Assembly: GCA_964016885.1 (NCBI GenBank)
Contig: OZ024742.1
Location: 343,666,001 to 343,730,000 of the forward strand
Direction: 5' to 3'
Origin: Eledone cirrhosa
Lineage: Eukaryota
Length of the DNA stretch: 64,000 bases
Below the pieces are notes generated by a model that searched no databases, had not been told where the DNA came from, and saw only the letters and a program-made list of their open reading frames with translations. Each line of letters opens with the position of its first letter. Position 1 is the stretch's first letter. The position numbers and the translations under genes are program-made. This document shows, piece after piece, positions 14,501 through 30,400 of this stretch.

Positions 14501-17500
14501 CAGTCACAGTATGGTGTGATATACTGAGATACAGTCACAGTATGGTGTGGTACACTGAGATACTGTCACAATATGGTGTGAGATACTGAGATACAGTCAC
14601 AATATGGTGTGATATAATGAGATACAGTCACAGTATGGTGTGATATACTGAGATACAGTCAGAATATGGTGTGGTATACGGAGATACAGTCACAGTATGG
14701 TGTGATATACTGAGATACACCCAGAGTATTGTATGGTATACTGAGATAGAGTCACAGTATGGTGTGATATACTGAGATACAGTGACAGTATGGTGTGGTA
14801 CACTGAGATACAGTCACAGTATGGTTTGATATACTGACATACAGTCACAGTATGGTGTGATATACTGAGATACAGTGACAGTATGGTGTGGTACACTGAG
14901 ATACAGTCACAGTATGGTTTGATATACTGAGATACAGTCACAGTATGGTGTGGTATACTGAGATACAGTCACAGTATGGTGTGGTACACTGAGATACAGT
15001 CACAGTATGGTGTGATATACTGAGATACACCCACAGTATTGTATGGTATACAGAGATACAGTCACAGTATGGTGTGGTATACTGAGATACTGTCAGAGTA
15101 TGGTGTGATATACTGAGATACACCCACAGTATGGTGTGATATACAGAGATACACTCACAGTATGATGTGATATACAGAGATACAGTCACAGTATGGTGTG
15201 ATATACTGAGATACAATCACAGTATGGTGTGGTATACTGAGATACATTCACAGTATGGTGTGAGATACTGAGATACACCAACAGTGTGGTGTGATATACT
15301 GAACTACACCCACAGTATGGTGTGATATACTGAGATACAGTCACAGTATGGTGTGGTACACAGAGATACAGTCACAGTATGGTGTGAGATACTGAGATAC
15401 AGTCACAGTATGGTGTGAGATACTGAGATACAGTCACAGTATGGTGTGGTTTACTGAGATACAGTCACAGTATGGTGTGACATACTGAGATACACCCACA
15501 GTATGGTGTGGTACACTGAGATACAGTCACAGTATGGTGTGATATACTGAGATACAGTCACAGTATGGTGTGAGATACTGAGATACAGTCACAGTATGGT
15601 GTGGTATACTGAGATACAATCACAGTATGGTGTGGCATACTGAGATACAGTCACAGTATGGTGTGGTACACTGAGATACAGTCACAGTATGGTGTGAGAT
15701 ACTGAGATACAGTCACAGTATTGTGTGATATACTGAGATACAGTCACAGTATGGTGTGAGATACTGAGATACAGTCACAGTATGGTGTGATATACTGAGA
15801 TACAGTCACAGTATGGTGTGGTACACTGAGATACAGTCACAATATGGTGTGATATAATGAGATACAGTCACAGTATGGTGTGATATACTGAGATACAGTC
15901 AGAATATGGTGTGGTATACTGAGATACAGTCACAGTATGGTGTGATATACTGAGATACACCTAGAGTATTGTATGGTATACTGAGATAGAGTCACAGTAT
16001 GGTGTGATATACTGAGATACAGTGACAGTATGGTGTGGTACACTGAGATACAGTCACAGTATGGTTTGATATACTGACATACAGTCACAGTATGGTGTGA
16101 TATACTGAGATACAGTGACAGTATGGTGTGGTACACTGAGATACAGTCACAGTATGGTTTGATATACTGAGATACAGTCACAGTATGGTGTGGTATACTG
16201 AGATACAGTCACAGTATGGTGTGGTACACTGAGATACAGTCACAGTATGGTGTGATATACTGAGATACACCCACAGTATTGTATGGTATACAGAGATACA
16301 GTCACAGTATGGTGTGGTATACTGAGATACTGTCAGAGTATGGTGTGATATACTGAGATACACCCACAGTATGGTGTGATATACAGAGATACACTCACAG
16401 TATGATGTGATATACAGAGATACAGTCACAGTATGGTGTGATATACTGAGATACAATCACAGTATGGTGTGGTATACTGAGATACATTCACAGTATGGTG
16501 TGAGATACTGAGATACACCCACAGTGTGGTGTGATATACTGAACTACACCCACAGTATGGTGTGATATACTGAGATACAGTCACAGTATGGTGTGGTACA
16601 CAGAGATACAGTCACAGTATGGTGTGACATACTGAGATACACCCACAGTATGGTGTGGTACACTGAGATACAGTCACAGTATGGTGTGATATACTGAGAT
16701 ACAGTCACAGTATGGTGTGAGATACTGAGATACAGTCACAGTATGGTGTGGTATACTGAAATACAATCACAGTATGGTGTGGCATACTGAGATACAGTCA
16801 CAGTATGGTGTGGTACACTGAGATACAGTCACAGTATGGTGTGAGATACTGAGATACAGTCACAGTATTGTGTGATATACTGAGATACAGTCACAGTATG
16901 GTGTGAGATACTGAGATACAGTCACAGTATGGTGTGGTACACTGAGATACAGTCACAGTATGGTGTGGTTTACTGAGATACAGTCACAGTATGGTGTGAG
17001 ATACTGAGATACAGTTAAAGTATGGTGTGGTACACTGAGATACAGTCACAGTATGGTGTGATATACTGAGATACAGTCACAGTATGGTGTGAGATACTGA
17101 GATACAGTCACAGTATGGTGTGGTATACTGAGATACAGTCACAGTAAGGTGTGATATACTGAGATACAGTCACAGTATGGTGTGGTATACTGACATACAG
17201 TCACAGTATGGTGTGGTACACTGAGATACAGTCACAGTATGGTGTGATATACTGAGATACAGTCACAGTATCGTGTGGTATACTGAGATACAATCACAGT
17301 ATTGTGTGATATACTGAGATACAGTCACAGTATGGTGTGATATACTGAGATACACCCACAGTATGGTGTGGTACACTGAGATAGAGTCAGAGTGTGGTGT
17401 GGTATACTGAGATACAGTCACAGTATGGTGGGAGATACTGAGATACAGTCTCAGTATGGTGTGGTATACTGAGATAAAATCACAGTATGGTGTGGCATAC

Positions 17501-20500
17501 TGAGACAGAGTCACAGTATGGTGTGAAATACTGAGATACAGTCACAGTATGGTGTGAGATACTGAGATACAGTCACAGGATGGTGTGGTTTACTGAGATA
17601 CAGTCACAGTATGGTGTGATATACCGAGATACAGTCACAGTATGGTGTGGTACACTGAGATACAGTCACAGTATGGTGTGAGATACTGAGATACAGTCAC
17701 AGTATGGTGTGGTACACTTAGATACAGTCACAGTATGGTGTGATATACTGAGATACAGTCACAGTATGGTGTGGTATACTGAGATACAGTCACAGTATGG
17801 TGTGATATACTGAGATACAGTGACAGTATGGTGTGGTACACTGAGATACACTCACAGTATGGTGTGATATACTGAGATACACCCAGAGTATTGTATGGTA
17901 TACTGAGATAGAGTCACAGTATGGTGTGATATACTGAGATACAGTCACAGTATGGTGTGATATACTGAGATACAGTCACAGTATGGTGTGGTACACTGAG
18001 ATACAGTCACAGTATGGTGTGATATACTGAGATACAGTCAGAATATGGTGTGGTATACTGAGATACAGTCACAGTATGGTGTGATATACTGAGATACACC
18101 CAGATTATTGTATGGTATACTGAGATAGAGTCACAGTATGGTGTGATATACTGAGATACAGTGACAGTATGGTGTGGTACACTGAGATACACTCACAGTA
18201 TGGTTTGATATACTGACATACAGTCACAGTATGGTGTGATATACTGAGATACAGTGACAGTATGGTGTGGTACACTGAGATACAGTCACAGTATGGTTTG
18301 ATATACTGAGATACAGTCACAGTATGGTGTGGTATACAGAGATACAGTCATAGTATGGTGTGGTACACTGAGATACAGTCACAGTATGGTGTGATATACT
18401 GAGATACACCCACAGTATTGTATGGTATACAGAGATACAGTCACAGTATGGTGTGATATATTGAGATACAGTCAGAGTATGGTGTGATATACTGAGATAC
18501 AGTCAGAGTATGGTGTGATATACTGAGATACACCCACAGTATGGTGTGATATACAGAGATACACTCACAGTATGATGTGATATACAGAGATACAGTCACA
18601 GTATGGTGTGATATACTGAGATACAGTCACAGTATGGTGTGGTATACTGAGATACATTCAAAGTATGGTGTGAGATACTGAGATACACCCACAGTGTGGT
18701 GTGATATACTGAACTACACCCACAGTATGGTGTGATATACTGAGATACAGTCCCTGTATGTTGTGGTACACAGAAATACAGTCACAGAATGCTGTGAGAT
18801 ACTGAGATACAGTCACAGTATGGTGTGAGATACTGAGATACAGTCACAGCATGGTGTGAGATACTGAGATACAGTCACAGTATGGTGTGGTTTACTGAGA
18901 TACAGTCACAGTATGGTGTGATATACTGAGATACACTCACAGTATGGTGTGGTACACTGAGATACAGTCACAGTATGGTGTGATATACTGAGATACAGTC
19001 ACAGTATGGTGTGAGATACTGAGATACAGTCACAGTATGGTGTGGTATACTGAGATACAATCACAGTATGGTGTGGCATACTGAGATACAGTCACAGTAT
19101 GGTGTGGTACACTGAGATACAGTCACAGTATGGTGTGAGATACTGAGATACAGTCACAGTATGGTGTGATATACTGAGATACAGTCACAGTATGGTGTGA
19201 GATACGGAGATACAGTCACAGTATGGTGTGGTACACTAAGATACAGTCACAGTATGGTGTGGTTTACTGAGATACAGATACAGTATGGTGTGAGATACTG
19301 AGATACAGTCAAAGTATGGTGTGGTACACTGAGATACAGTCACAGTATGGTGTGATATACTGAGATACAGTCACAGTATGGTGTGAGATACTGAGATACA
19401 GTCACAGTAAGGTGTGCTACACTGAGATACAGTCACAGTATGGTGTGATATACTGAGATACACTCACAGAATGGTGTGGTACACTGAGATACAGTCACAG
19501 TATGGTGTGATATACTGAGATACAGTCACAGTATGGTGTGAGATACTGAGATACAGTCACAGTATGGTGTGGTATACTGAGATACAATCACAGTATGGTG
19601 TGGCATACTGAGAAACAGTCACAGTATGGTGTGGTACACTGAGATACAGTCACAGTATGGTGTGAGATACTGAGATACAGTCACAGTATGGTGTGATATA
19701 CTGAGATACAGTCACAGTATGGTGTGAGATACTGAGATACAGTCACAGTATGGTGTGGTACACTGATATACAGTCACAGTATGGTGTGATATACTGAGAT
19801 ATAGTCACAGTAGGGTGTGAGATACTGAGATACAGTCACAGTAAGGTGTGCTACACTGAGATACAGTCACAGTATGGTGTGAGATACTGAGATACAGTCA
19901 AAGTATGGTGTGGTACACTGAGATACAGTCACAGTATGGTGTGATATACTGAGATACAGTCACAGTATGGTGTGAGATACTGAGATAGAGGTCACAGTAT
20001 GGTGTGGTATACTGAGATACAGTCACAGTAAGATGTGCTACACTGATATACAGTCATAGTATGGTGTGATATACTGAGAGACACCCACAGTATGGTGTGG
20101 TACACTGAGATACAGTCAGAGTGTGGTGTGGTATACTGAGATACAGTCACAGTATGCTGTGAGATACTGAGATACAATCACAGTATGGTGTGGTATACTG
20201 AGATACAGTCACATTATGGTGTGAGATACTGAGATACAGTCACAGTATGTTGTGATATACTGAGATACAGTCACAGTATGGTGTGGTATACTGAGATACA
20301 GTCACAGTATGGTGTGGTATACAGAGATACAGTCACAGTATGGTGTGGTACACTGAGATACAGTCACAGTATGGTGTGAGATACTGAGATACAGTCACAG
20401 TATGGTGTGGTACACTGAGATACAGTCACAGTATGGTGTGATATACTGAGATACAGTCACAGTATGGTGTGGTATACTGAGATACAGTCACAGTATGGTG

Positions 20501-21050
20501 TGATATACTGAGATACAGTGACAGTATGGTGTGGTACACTGAGATACACTCACAGTATGGTGTGATATACTGAGATACACCCAGAGTATTGTATGGTATA
20601 CTGAGATAGAGTCACAGTATGGTGTGATATACTGAGATACAGTCACAGTATGGTGTGATATACTGAGATACAGTCACAGTATGGTGTGGTACACTGAGAT
20701 ACAGTCACAATATGGTGTGATATAATGAGATACAGTCACAGTATGGTGTGATATACTGAGATACAGTCAGAATATGGTGTGGTATACTGAGATACAGTCA
20801 CAGTATGGTGTGATATACTGAGATACACCCAGAGTATTGTATGGTATACTGAGATAGAGTCACAGTATGGTGTGATATACTGAGATACAGTGACAGTATG
20901 GTGTGGTACACTGAGATACACTCACAGTATGGTTTGATATACTGACATACAGTCACAGTATGGTGTGATATACTGAGATACAGTGACAGTATGGTGTGGT
21001 ACACTGAGATACAGTCACAGTATGGTTTGATATACTGAGATACAGTCACA
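5690..21050. repeat. ~15.7-kb higher-order duplication, copy 1
   Basis: Rare variants recur at fixed offsets: ATCGTGTGGTATGCAG 5861->21672 (15811); ORF-track pairs 8675->24424, 11033->26782, 19992->35741 (15749) and 12923->28641, 17263->32981 (15718). Offsets differ only by whole monomers. Confidence 0.92.
14610..16900. repeat. 1,240-bp (40-monomer) local duplication, also present in downstream HOR copies (~30330-32600, ~42300-44560)
   Basis: GAACTACACC at 15301 and 16541; ORF pairs 14690/15930 and 14938/16178 are offset by exactly 1240. Confidence 0.85.
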
Positions 21051-21450
21051 GTATGGTGTGGTATACAGAGATACAGTCATAGTATGGTGTGGTACACTGA
21101 GATACAGTCACAGTATGGTGTGATATACTGAGATACACCCACAGTATTGTATGGTATACAGAGATACAGTCACAGTATGGTGTGATATATTGAGATACAG
21201 TCAGAGTATGGTGTGATATACTGAGATACAGTCAGAGTATGGTGTGATATACTGAGATACACCCACAGTATGGTGTGATATACAGAGATACACTCACAGT
21301 ATGATGTGATATACAGAGATACAGTCAAGTATGGTGTGATATACTGAGATACAGTCACAGTATGGTGTGGTATACTGAGATACATTCAAAGTATGGTGTG
21401 AGATACTGAGATACACCCACAGTGTGGTGTGATATACTGAACTACACCCA
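17630..21450. repeat. ~2.73-kb offset partial duplication (~17630-18720 repeated at ~20330-21450)
   Basis: GTCATAGT 18351->21080 and ORF pair 18007->20736 are both offset by 2729 (88x31+1). Confidence 0.8.
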
Positions 21451-21499
21451 CAGTATTGTATGGTATACAGAGATACAGTCACAGTATGGTGTGATATAT

Positions 21500-24400
21500 T
21501 GAGATACAGTCACAGTATGCTGTGAGATACTGAGATACAATCACAGTATGGTGTGGTATACTGAGATACAGTCACATTATGGTGTGAGATACTGAGATAC
21601 AGTCACAGTATGTTGTGATATACTGAGATACAGTCACAGTATGGTGTGGTATACTGAGATACAGTCACAGTATCGTGTGGTATGCAGAGATACAGTCACA
21701 GTATGGTGTGGTATATTGAGATACAGCCACAGTATGGTGTCATAAACTGAGATACAGTCACAGTATGGTGTGATATACTGAGATACAGTCACAGTATGGT
21801 GTGGTATATTGAGATACAGTCACAGTATGGTGTCATAAACTGAGATACAGTCACAGTATGGTGTGATATACTGAGATACATTCACAGTATGGTGTGATAT
21901 ACTGAGATACAGTCACAGTATGGTGTGATATACTGAGATACAGTCACAGTATGGTGTGAGATACTGAGATACAGTCACAGTATGGTGTGAGATACTGAGA
22001 TACAGTCACAGTATGGTGTTGTATACTGAGATACAGTCACAGTATGGTGTGAGATACTGAGATACAGTCACAATATGGTGTGAGATGCTGAGATACACTG
22101 ACAGTATGGTGTGGTACACTGAGATACAGTCACAGTATGGTGTGATATACTGAGATACAGTCACAGTATGGTGTGGTACACTGAGATACAGTCACAATAT
22201 GGTGTGAGATACTGAGATACAGTCACAATATGGTGTGATATAATGAGATACAGTCATAGTATGGTGTGATATACTGAGATACAGTCAGAATATGGTGTGG
22301 TATACTGAGATACAGTCACAGTATGGTGTGATATACTGAGATACACCCAGAGTATTGTATTTTATACTGAGATAGAGTCACAGTATGGTGTGATATACTG
22401 AGATACAGTGACAGTATGGTGTGGTACACTGAGATACAGTCACACTATGGTATGATATACTGACATACAGTCACAGTATGGTGTGATATACTGAGATACA
22501 GTGACAGGATGGTGTGGTACACTGAGATACAGTCACAGTATGGTTTGATATACTGAGATACAGTCACAGTATGGTGTGGTATACTGAGATACAGTCACAG
22601 TATGGTGTGGTACACTGAGATACAGTCACAGTATGGTGTGATATACTGAGATACACCCACAGTATTGTATGGTATACAGAGATACAGTCACAGTATGGTG
22701 TGATATATTGAGATACTGTCACAGTATGGTGTGGTATACTGAGATACAGTCAGAGTATGGTGTGATATACTGAGATACACCCACAGTACGGTGTGATATA
22801 CAGAGATACACTCACAGTATGATGTGATATACAGAGATACAGTCACAGTATGGTGTGATATACTGAGATACAGTCACAGTATGGTGTGGTATACTGAGAT
22901 ACATTCACAGTATGGTGTGAGATACTGAGATACACCCACAGTGTGGTGTGATATACTGAACTACACCCACAGTATGGTGTGATATACTGAGATACAGTCA
23001 CAGTATGGTGTGGTACACAGAGATACAGTCACAGTATGGTGTGAGATACTGAGATACAGTCACACTATGGTGTTGTATACTGAGATACAGTCACAGTATG
23101 GTGTGAGATACTGAGATACAGTCACAATATGGTGTGAGATGCTGAGATACACTGTCAGTATGTTGTGGTACACTGAGATACAGTCACAGTATGGTGTGAT
23201 ATACTGAGATACAGTCACAGTATGGTGTGGTACACTGAGATACAGTCACAATATGGTGTGAGATACTGAGATACAGTCACAATATGGTGTGATATAATGA
23301 GATACAGTCACAGTATGGTGTGATATACTGAGATACACCCAGAGTATTGTATGGTATACTGAGATAGAGTCACAGTATGGTGTGATATACTGAGATACAG
23401 TGACAGTATGGTGTGGTACACTGAGATACAGTCACACTATGGTATGATATACTGACATACAGTCACAGTATGGTGTGATATACTGAGATACAGTGACAGT
23501 ATGGTGTGGTACACTGAGATACAGTCACAGTATGGTTTGATATACTGAGATACAGTCACAGTATGGTGTGGTATACTGAGATACAGTCACAGTATGGTGT
23601 GGTACACTGAGATACAGTCACAGTATGGTGTGATATACTGAGATACACCCACAGTATTGTATGGTATACAGAGATACAGTCACAGTATGGTGTGATATAT
23701 TGAGATACTGTCACAGTATGGTGTGGTATACTGAGATACAGTCAGAGTATGGTGTGATATACTGAGATACACCCACAGTATGGTGTGATATACAGAGATA
23801 CACTCACAGTATGATGTGATATACAGAGATACAGTCACAGTATGGTGTGGTACACAGAGATACAGTCACAGAATGCTGTGAGATACTGAGATACAGTCAC
23901 AGTATGGTGTGAGATACTGAGATACAGTCATAGTATGGTGTGAGATACTGAGATATAGTCACAGTATGGTGTGAGATACTGAGATACAGTCACAGTATGG
24001 TGTGAGATACTGAGATACAGTCACAGTATGGTGTGATATACTGAGATACACCCACAGTATGGTGTGGTACACTGAGATACAGTCACAGTATGGTGTGATA
24101 TACTGAGATACAGTCACAGTATGGTGTGAGATACTGAGATACTGTCACAGTATGGTGTTGTATACTGAGATACAATCACAGTATGGTGTGGCATACTGAG
24201 ATACAGTCACAGTATGGTGTGGTACACTGAGATACAGTCACAGTATGGTGTGAGATACTGAGATACAGTCACAGTATGGTGTGATATACTGAGATACAGT
24301 CACAGTATGGTGTGAGATACTAAGATACAGTCACAGGATGGTGTGGTACACTGAAATACAGTCACAGTATGGTGTGGTTTACTGAGATACAATCACAGTA

Positions 24401-27400
24401 TGGTGTGAGATACTGAGATACAGTCAAAGTATGGTGTGGTACACTGAGATACAGTCACAGTATGGTGTGATATACTGAGATACAGTCACAGTACGGTGTG
24501 AGATACTGAGATAGAGGTCACAGTATGGTGTGGTATACTGAGATACGCCCACAGTATGGTGTGGTACACTGAGATACAGTGAGAGTGTGGTGTGGTATAC
24601 GGAGATACAGTCACAGTATGCTGTGAGATACTGAGATACAATCACAGTATGGTGTGGTATACTGAGATACAGTCACATTATGGTGTGAGATACTGAGATA
24701 CAGTCACAGTATGTTGTGATATACTGAGATACAGTCACAGTATGGTGTGGTATACTGAGATACAGTCACAGTATCGTGTGGTATGCAGAGATACAGTCAC
24801 AGTATGGTGTGGTATATTGAGATACAGTCACAGTATGGTGTCATAAACTGAGATACAGTCACAGTATGGTGTGATATACTGAGATACAGTCACAGTATGG
24901 TGTGGTATATTGAGATACAGTCACAGTATGGTGTCATAAACTGAGATACAGTCACAGTATGGTGTGATATACTGAGATACATTCACAGTATGGTGTGATA
25001 TACTGAGATACAGTCACAGTATGGTGTGATATACTGAGATACAGTCACAGTATGGTGTGAGATACTGAGATACAGTCACAGTATGGTGTGAGATACTGAG
25101 ATACAGTCACAGTATGGTGTTGTATACTGAGATACAGTCACAGTATGGTGTGAGATACTGAGATACAGTCACAATATGGTGTGAGATGCTGAGATACACT
25201 GACAGTATGGTGTGGTACACTGAGATACAGTCACAGTATGGTGTGATATACTGAGATACAGTCACAGTATGGTGTGGTACACTGAGATACAGTCACAATA
25301 TGGTGTGAGATACTGAGATACAGTCACAATATGGTGTGATATAATGAGATACAGTCATAGTATGGTGTGATATACTGAGATACAGTCAGAATATGGTGTG
25401 GTATACTGAGATACAGTCACAGTATGGTGTGATATACTGAGATACACCCAGAGTATTGTATTTTATACTGAGATAGAGTCACAGTATGGTGTGATATACT
25501 GAGATACAGTGACAGTATGGTGTGGTACACTGAGATACAGTCACACTATGGTATGATATACTGACATACAGTCACAGTATGGTGTGATATACTGAGATAC
25601 AGTGACAGGATGGTGTGGTACACTGAGATAGAGTCACAGTATGGTTTGATATACTGAGATACAGTCACAGTATGGTGTGGTATACTGAGATACAGTCACA
25701 GTATGGTGTGGTACACTGAGATACAGTCACAGTATGGTGTGATATACTGAGATACACCCACAGTATTGTATGGTATACAGAGATACAGTCACAGTATGGT
25801 GTGATATATTGAGATACTGTCACAGTATGGTGTGGTATACTGAGATACAGTCAGAGTATGGTGTGATATACTGAGATACACCCACAGTACGGTGTGTTAT
25901 ACAGAGATACACTCACAGTATGATGTGATATACAGAGATACAGTCACAGTATGGTGTGATATACTGAGATACAGTCACAGTATGGTGTGGTATACTGAGA
26001 TACATTCACAGTATGGTGTGAGATACTGAGATACACCCACAGTGTGGTGTGATATACTGAACTACACCCACAGTATGGTGTGATATACTGAGATACAGTC
26101 ACAGTATGGTGTGGTACACAGAGATACAGTCACAGAATGCTGTGAGATACTGAGATACAGTCACAGTATGGTGTGAGATACTGAGATACAGTCATAGTAT
26201 GGTGTGAGATACTGAGATACAGTCACAGTATGGTGTGAGATACTGAGATACAGTCACAGTATGGTGTGAGATACTGAGATACAGTCACAGTATGGTGTGA
26301 TATACTGAGATACACCCATAGTGTGGTGTGGTACACTGAGATACAGTCACAGTATGGTGTGATATACTGAGATACAGTCACAGTATGGTGTGAGATACTG
26401 AGATACTGTCACAGTATGGTGTTGTATACTGAGATACAATCACAGTATGGTGTGGCATACTGAGATACAGTCACAGTATGGTGTGGTACACTGAGATACA
26501 GTCACAGTATGGTGTGAGATTCTGAGATACAGTCACAGTATGGTGTGATATACTGAGATACAGTCACAGTATGGTGTGAGATACTGAGATACAGTCACAG
26601 TATGGTGTGGTACACTGAGATACAGTCACAGTATGGTGTGGTTTACTGAGATACAGTCACAGTATGGTGTGAGATACTGAGATACAATCAAAGTATGGTG
26701 TGGTACACTGAGATACAGTCACAGTATGGTGTGATATACTAAGATACAGTCACAGTACGGTGTGAGATACTGAGATAGAGGTCACAGTATGGTGTGGTAT
26801 ACTGAGATACAGTCACAGTAAGGTGTGCTACACTGATATACAGTCACAGTATGGTGTGATATACTGAGATACACCCACAGTATGGTGTGGTACACTGAGA
26901 TACAGTCAGAGTGTGGTGTGGTATACTGAGATACAGTCACAGTATGCTGTGAGATACTGAGATACAATCACAGTATGGTGTGGTATACTGAGATACAGTC
27001 ACATTATGGTGTGAGATACTGAGATACAGTCACAGTATGTTGTGATATACTGAGATACAGTCACAGTATGGTGTGGTATACTGAGATACAGTCACAGTAT
27101 GGTGTGGTATACAGAGATACAGTCACAGTATGGTGTGGTATATTGAGATACAGTCACAGTATGGTGTCATAAACTGAGATACAGTCACAGTATGGTGTGA
27201 TATACTGAGATACAGTCACAGTATGGTGTGGTATATTGAGATAAAGTCACAGTATGGTGTCATAAACTGAGATACAGCCACAGTATGGTGTGATATACTG
27301 AGATACAGTCACAGTATGGTGTGATATACTGAGATACAGTCACAGTATGGTGTGATATACTGAGATACAGTCACAGTATGGTGTGGTATACTGAGATACA

Positions 27401-30400
27401 GTCACAGTATGGTGTGGTATACTGAGATACAGTCACAGTATGGTGTGGTACACTGAGATACATTCACAGTATGGTGTGGTATACTGAGATACCCCCACAG
27501 TATGGTGTGATATACTGAGATACAGTCACAGTATGGTGTGATATACTGAGATACAGTCACAGTATGGTGTGAGATACTGAGATACAGTCACAGGATGGTG
27601 TGGTTTACTGAGATACATTCACAGTATGGTGTGATATACTGAGATACAGTCACAGCATCGTGTGATATACTGACATACAGTCACACTATGGTGTGCTATA
27701 CTGAGATACACTCACAGTATGGTGTGATATACTGAGATACACTCACAGTATGGTGTGGTACACTGAGATACACTCACAGTATGGTGTGGTACCCTGAGAT
27801 ACACTCACAGTATGGTGTGGTATACTGAGATACCCCCACATATGGCGTGATATACTGAGATACACCCACAGAATGGTGTGATATACTGAGATACAGTCAC
27901 AGTATGGTGTGAGATACTGAGATACAGTCACAGTATGGTGTGGTATACTGAGATACAGTCACAGTATGGTGTGATATACTGAGATACAGTCACAGCATCG
28001 TGTGATATACTGACATACAGTCACACTATGGTGTGCTATACTGAGATACACTCACAGTATGGTGTGGTACACTGAGATACACTCACAGTATGGTGTGGTA
28101 CCCTGAGATACACTCACAGTATGGTGTGGTATACTGAGATACAGTCACATTAAGGTGTAATATACTGAGATACAGTCACAGTATGGTGCGGTACACTGAG
28201 ATACAATCACAGTATTGTATGGTATACTGAGATACAGTCACAGTATGGTGTGATATACTGAGGTACAGTCACAGTATGGTGTGGTACACTGAGATAAAGT
28301 CACAGTATGGTGTGAGATACTGAGATACAGTCACAGTATGGTGTTGTATACTGAGATACAGTCACAGTATGGTGTGAGATACTGAGATACAGTCACAATA
28401 TGGTGTGAGATACTGAAATACACTCACAGTATGGTGTGGTACACTGAGATACAGTCACAGTATGGTGTGATATACTGAGATACAGTCACAGTATGGTGTG
28501 GTACACTGAGATACAGTCACAATATGGTGTGAGATACTGAGATACAGTTACAATATGGTGTGATATAATGAGATACAGTCAGAGTATGGTGTGATATACT
28601 GAGATACAGTCAGAATATGGTGTGGTATACTGAGATACAGTCACAGTATGCTGTGATATACTGAGATACACCCAGAGTATTGTATGGTATACTGAGATAG
28701 AGTCACAGTATGGTGTGATATACTGAGATACAGTGACAGTATGGTGTGGTACACTGAGATACAGTCACAGTATGGTTTGATATACTGACATACAGTCACA
28801 GTATGGTGTGATATACTGAGATACAGTGACAGTATGGTGTGGTACACTGAGATACAGTCACAGTATGGTTTGATATACTGAGATACGGTCACAGTATGGT
28901 GTGGTATACTGAGATACAGTCACAGTATGGTGTGGTACACTACGATACAGTCACAGTATGGTGTGATATACTGAGATACACCCACAGTATTGTATGGTAT
29001 ACAGAGATACAGTCACAGTATGGTGTGATATATTGAGATACTGTCACAGTATGGTGTGGTATACTGAGATACTGTCAGAGTATGGTGTGATATACTGAGA
29101 TACACCCACAGTATGGTGTGATATACAGAGATACACTCACAGTATGATGTGATATACAGAGATACAGTCACAGTATGGTGTGATATACTGAGATACAATC
29201 ACAGTATGGTGTGGTATACTGAGATACATTCACAGTATGGTGTGAGATACTGAGATACAGTCACAGTATGGTGTGGTTTACTGAGATACAGTCACAGTAT
29301 GGTGTGGTACACTGAGATACAGTCACAGTATGGTGTGAGATACTGAGATACAGTCACAGTATTGTGTGATATACTGAGATACAGTCACAGTATGGTGTGA
29401 GATACTGAGATACAGTCACAGTATGGTGTGGTACACTGAGATACAGTCACAGTATGGTGTGGTTTACTGAGATACAGTCACAGTATGGTGTGAGATACTG
29501 AGATACAGTTAAAGTATGGTGTGGTACACTGAGATACAGTCACAGTATGGTGTGATATACTGAGATACAGTCACAGTATGGTGTGAGATACTGAGATACA
29601 GTCACAGTATGGTGTGGTATACTGAGATACAGTCACAGTAAGGTGTGATATACTGAGATACAGTCACAGTATGGTGTGGTACACTGAGATACAGTCACAG
29701 TATGGTGTGAGATACTGAGATACAGTCACAGTATGGTGTGAGATACTGAGATACAGTCACAGTATGGTGTGGTCTACTGAGATACAGTCACAGTATGGTG
29801 TGATATACTGAGATACACCCACAGTATGGTGTGGTACACTGAGATACAGTCACAGTATGGTGTGATATACTGAGATACAGTCACAGTATGGTGTGAGATA
29901 CTGAGATACAGTCACAGTATGGTGTGGTATACTGAGATACAATCACAGTATGGTGTGGCATACTGAGATACAGTCACAGTATGGTGTGGTACACTGAGAT
30001 ACAGTCACAGTATGGTGTGAGATACTGAGATACAGTCACAGTATTGTGTGATATACTGAGATACAGTCACAGTATGGTGTGAGATACTGAGATACAGTCA
30101 CAGTATGGTGTGGTACACTGAGATACAGTCACAGTATGGTGTGATATACTGAGATACACCCAGAGTATTGTATGGTATACTGAGATAGTGTCACAGTATG
30201 GTGTGATATACTGAGATACAGTCACAGTATGGTGTGATATACTGAGATACAGTCACAGTATGGTGTGGTACACTGAGATACTGTCACAATATGGTGTGAG
30301 ATACTGAGATACAGTCACAATATGGTGTGATATAATGAGATACAGTCACAGTATGGTGTGATATACTGAGATACAGTCAGAATATGGTGTGGTATACGGA

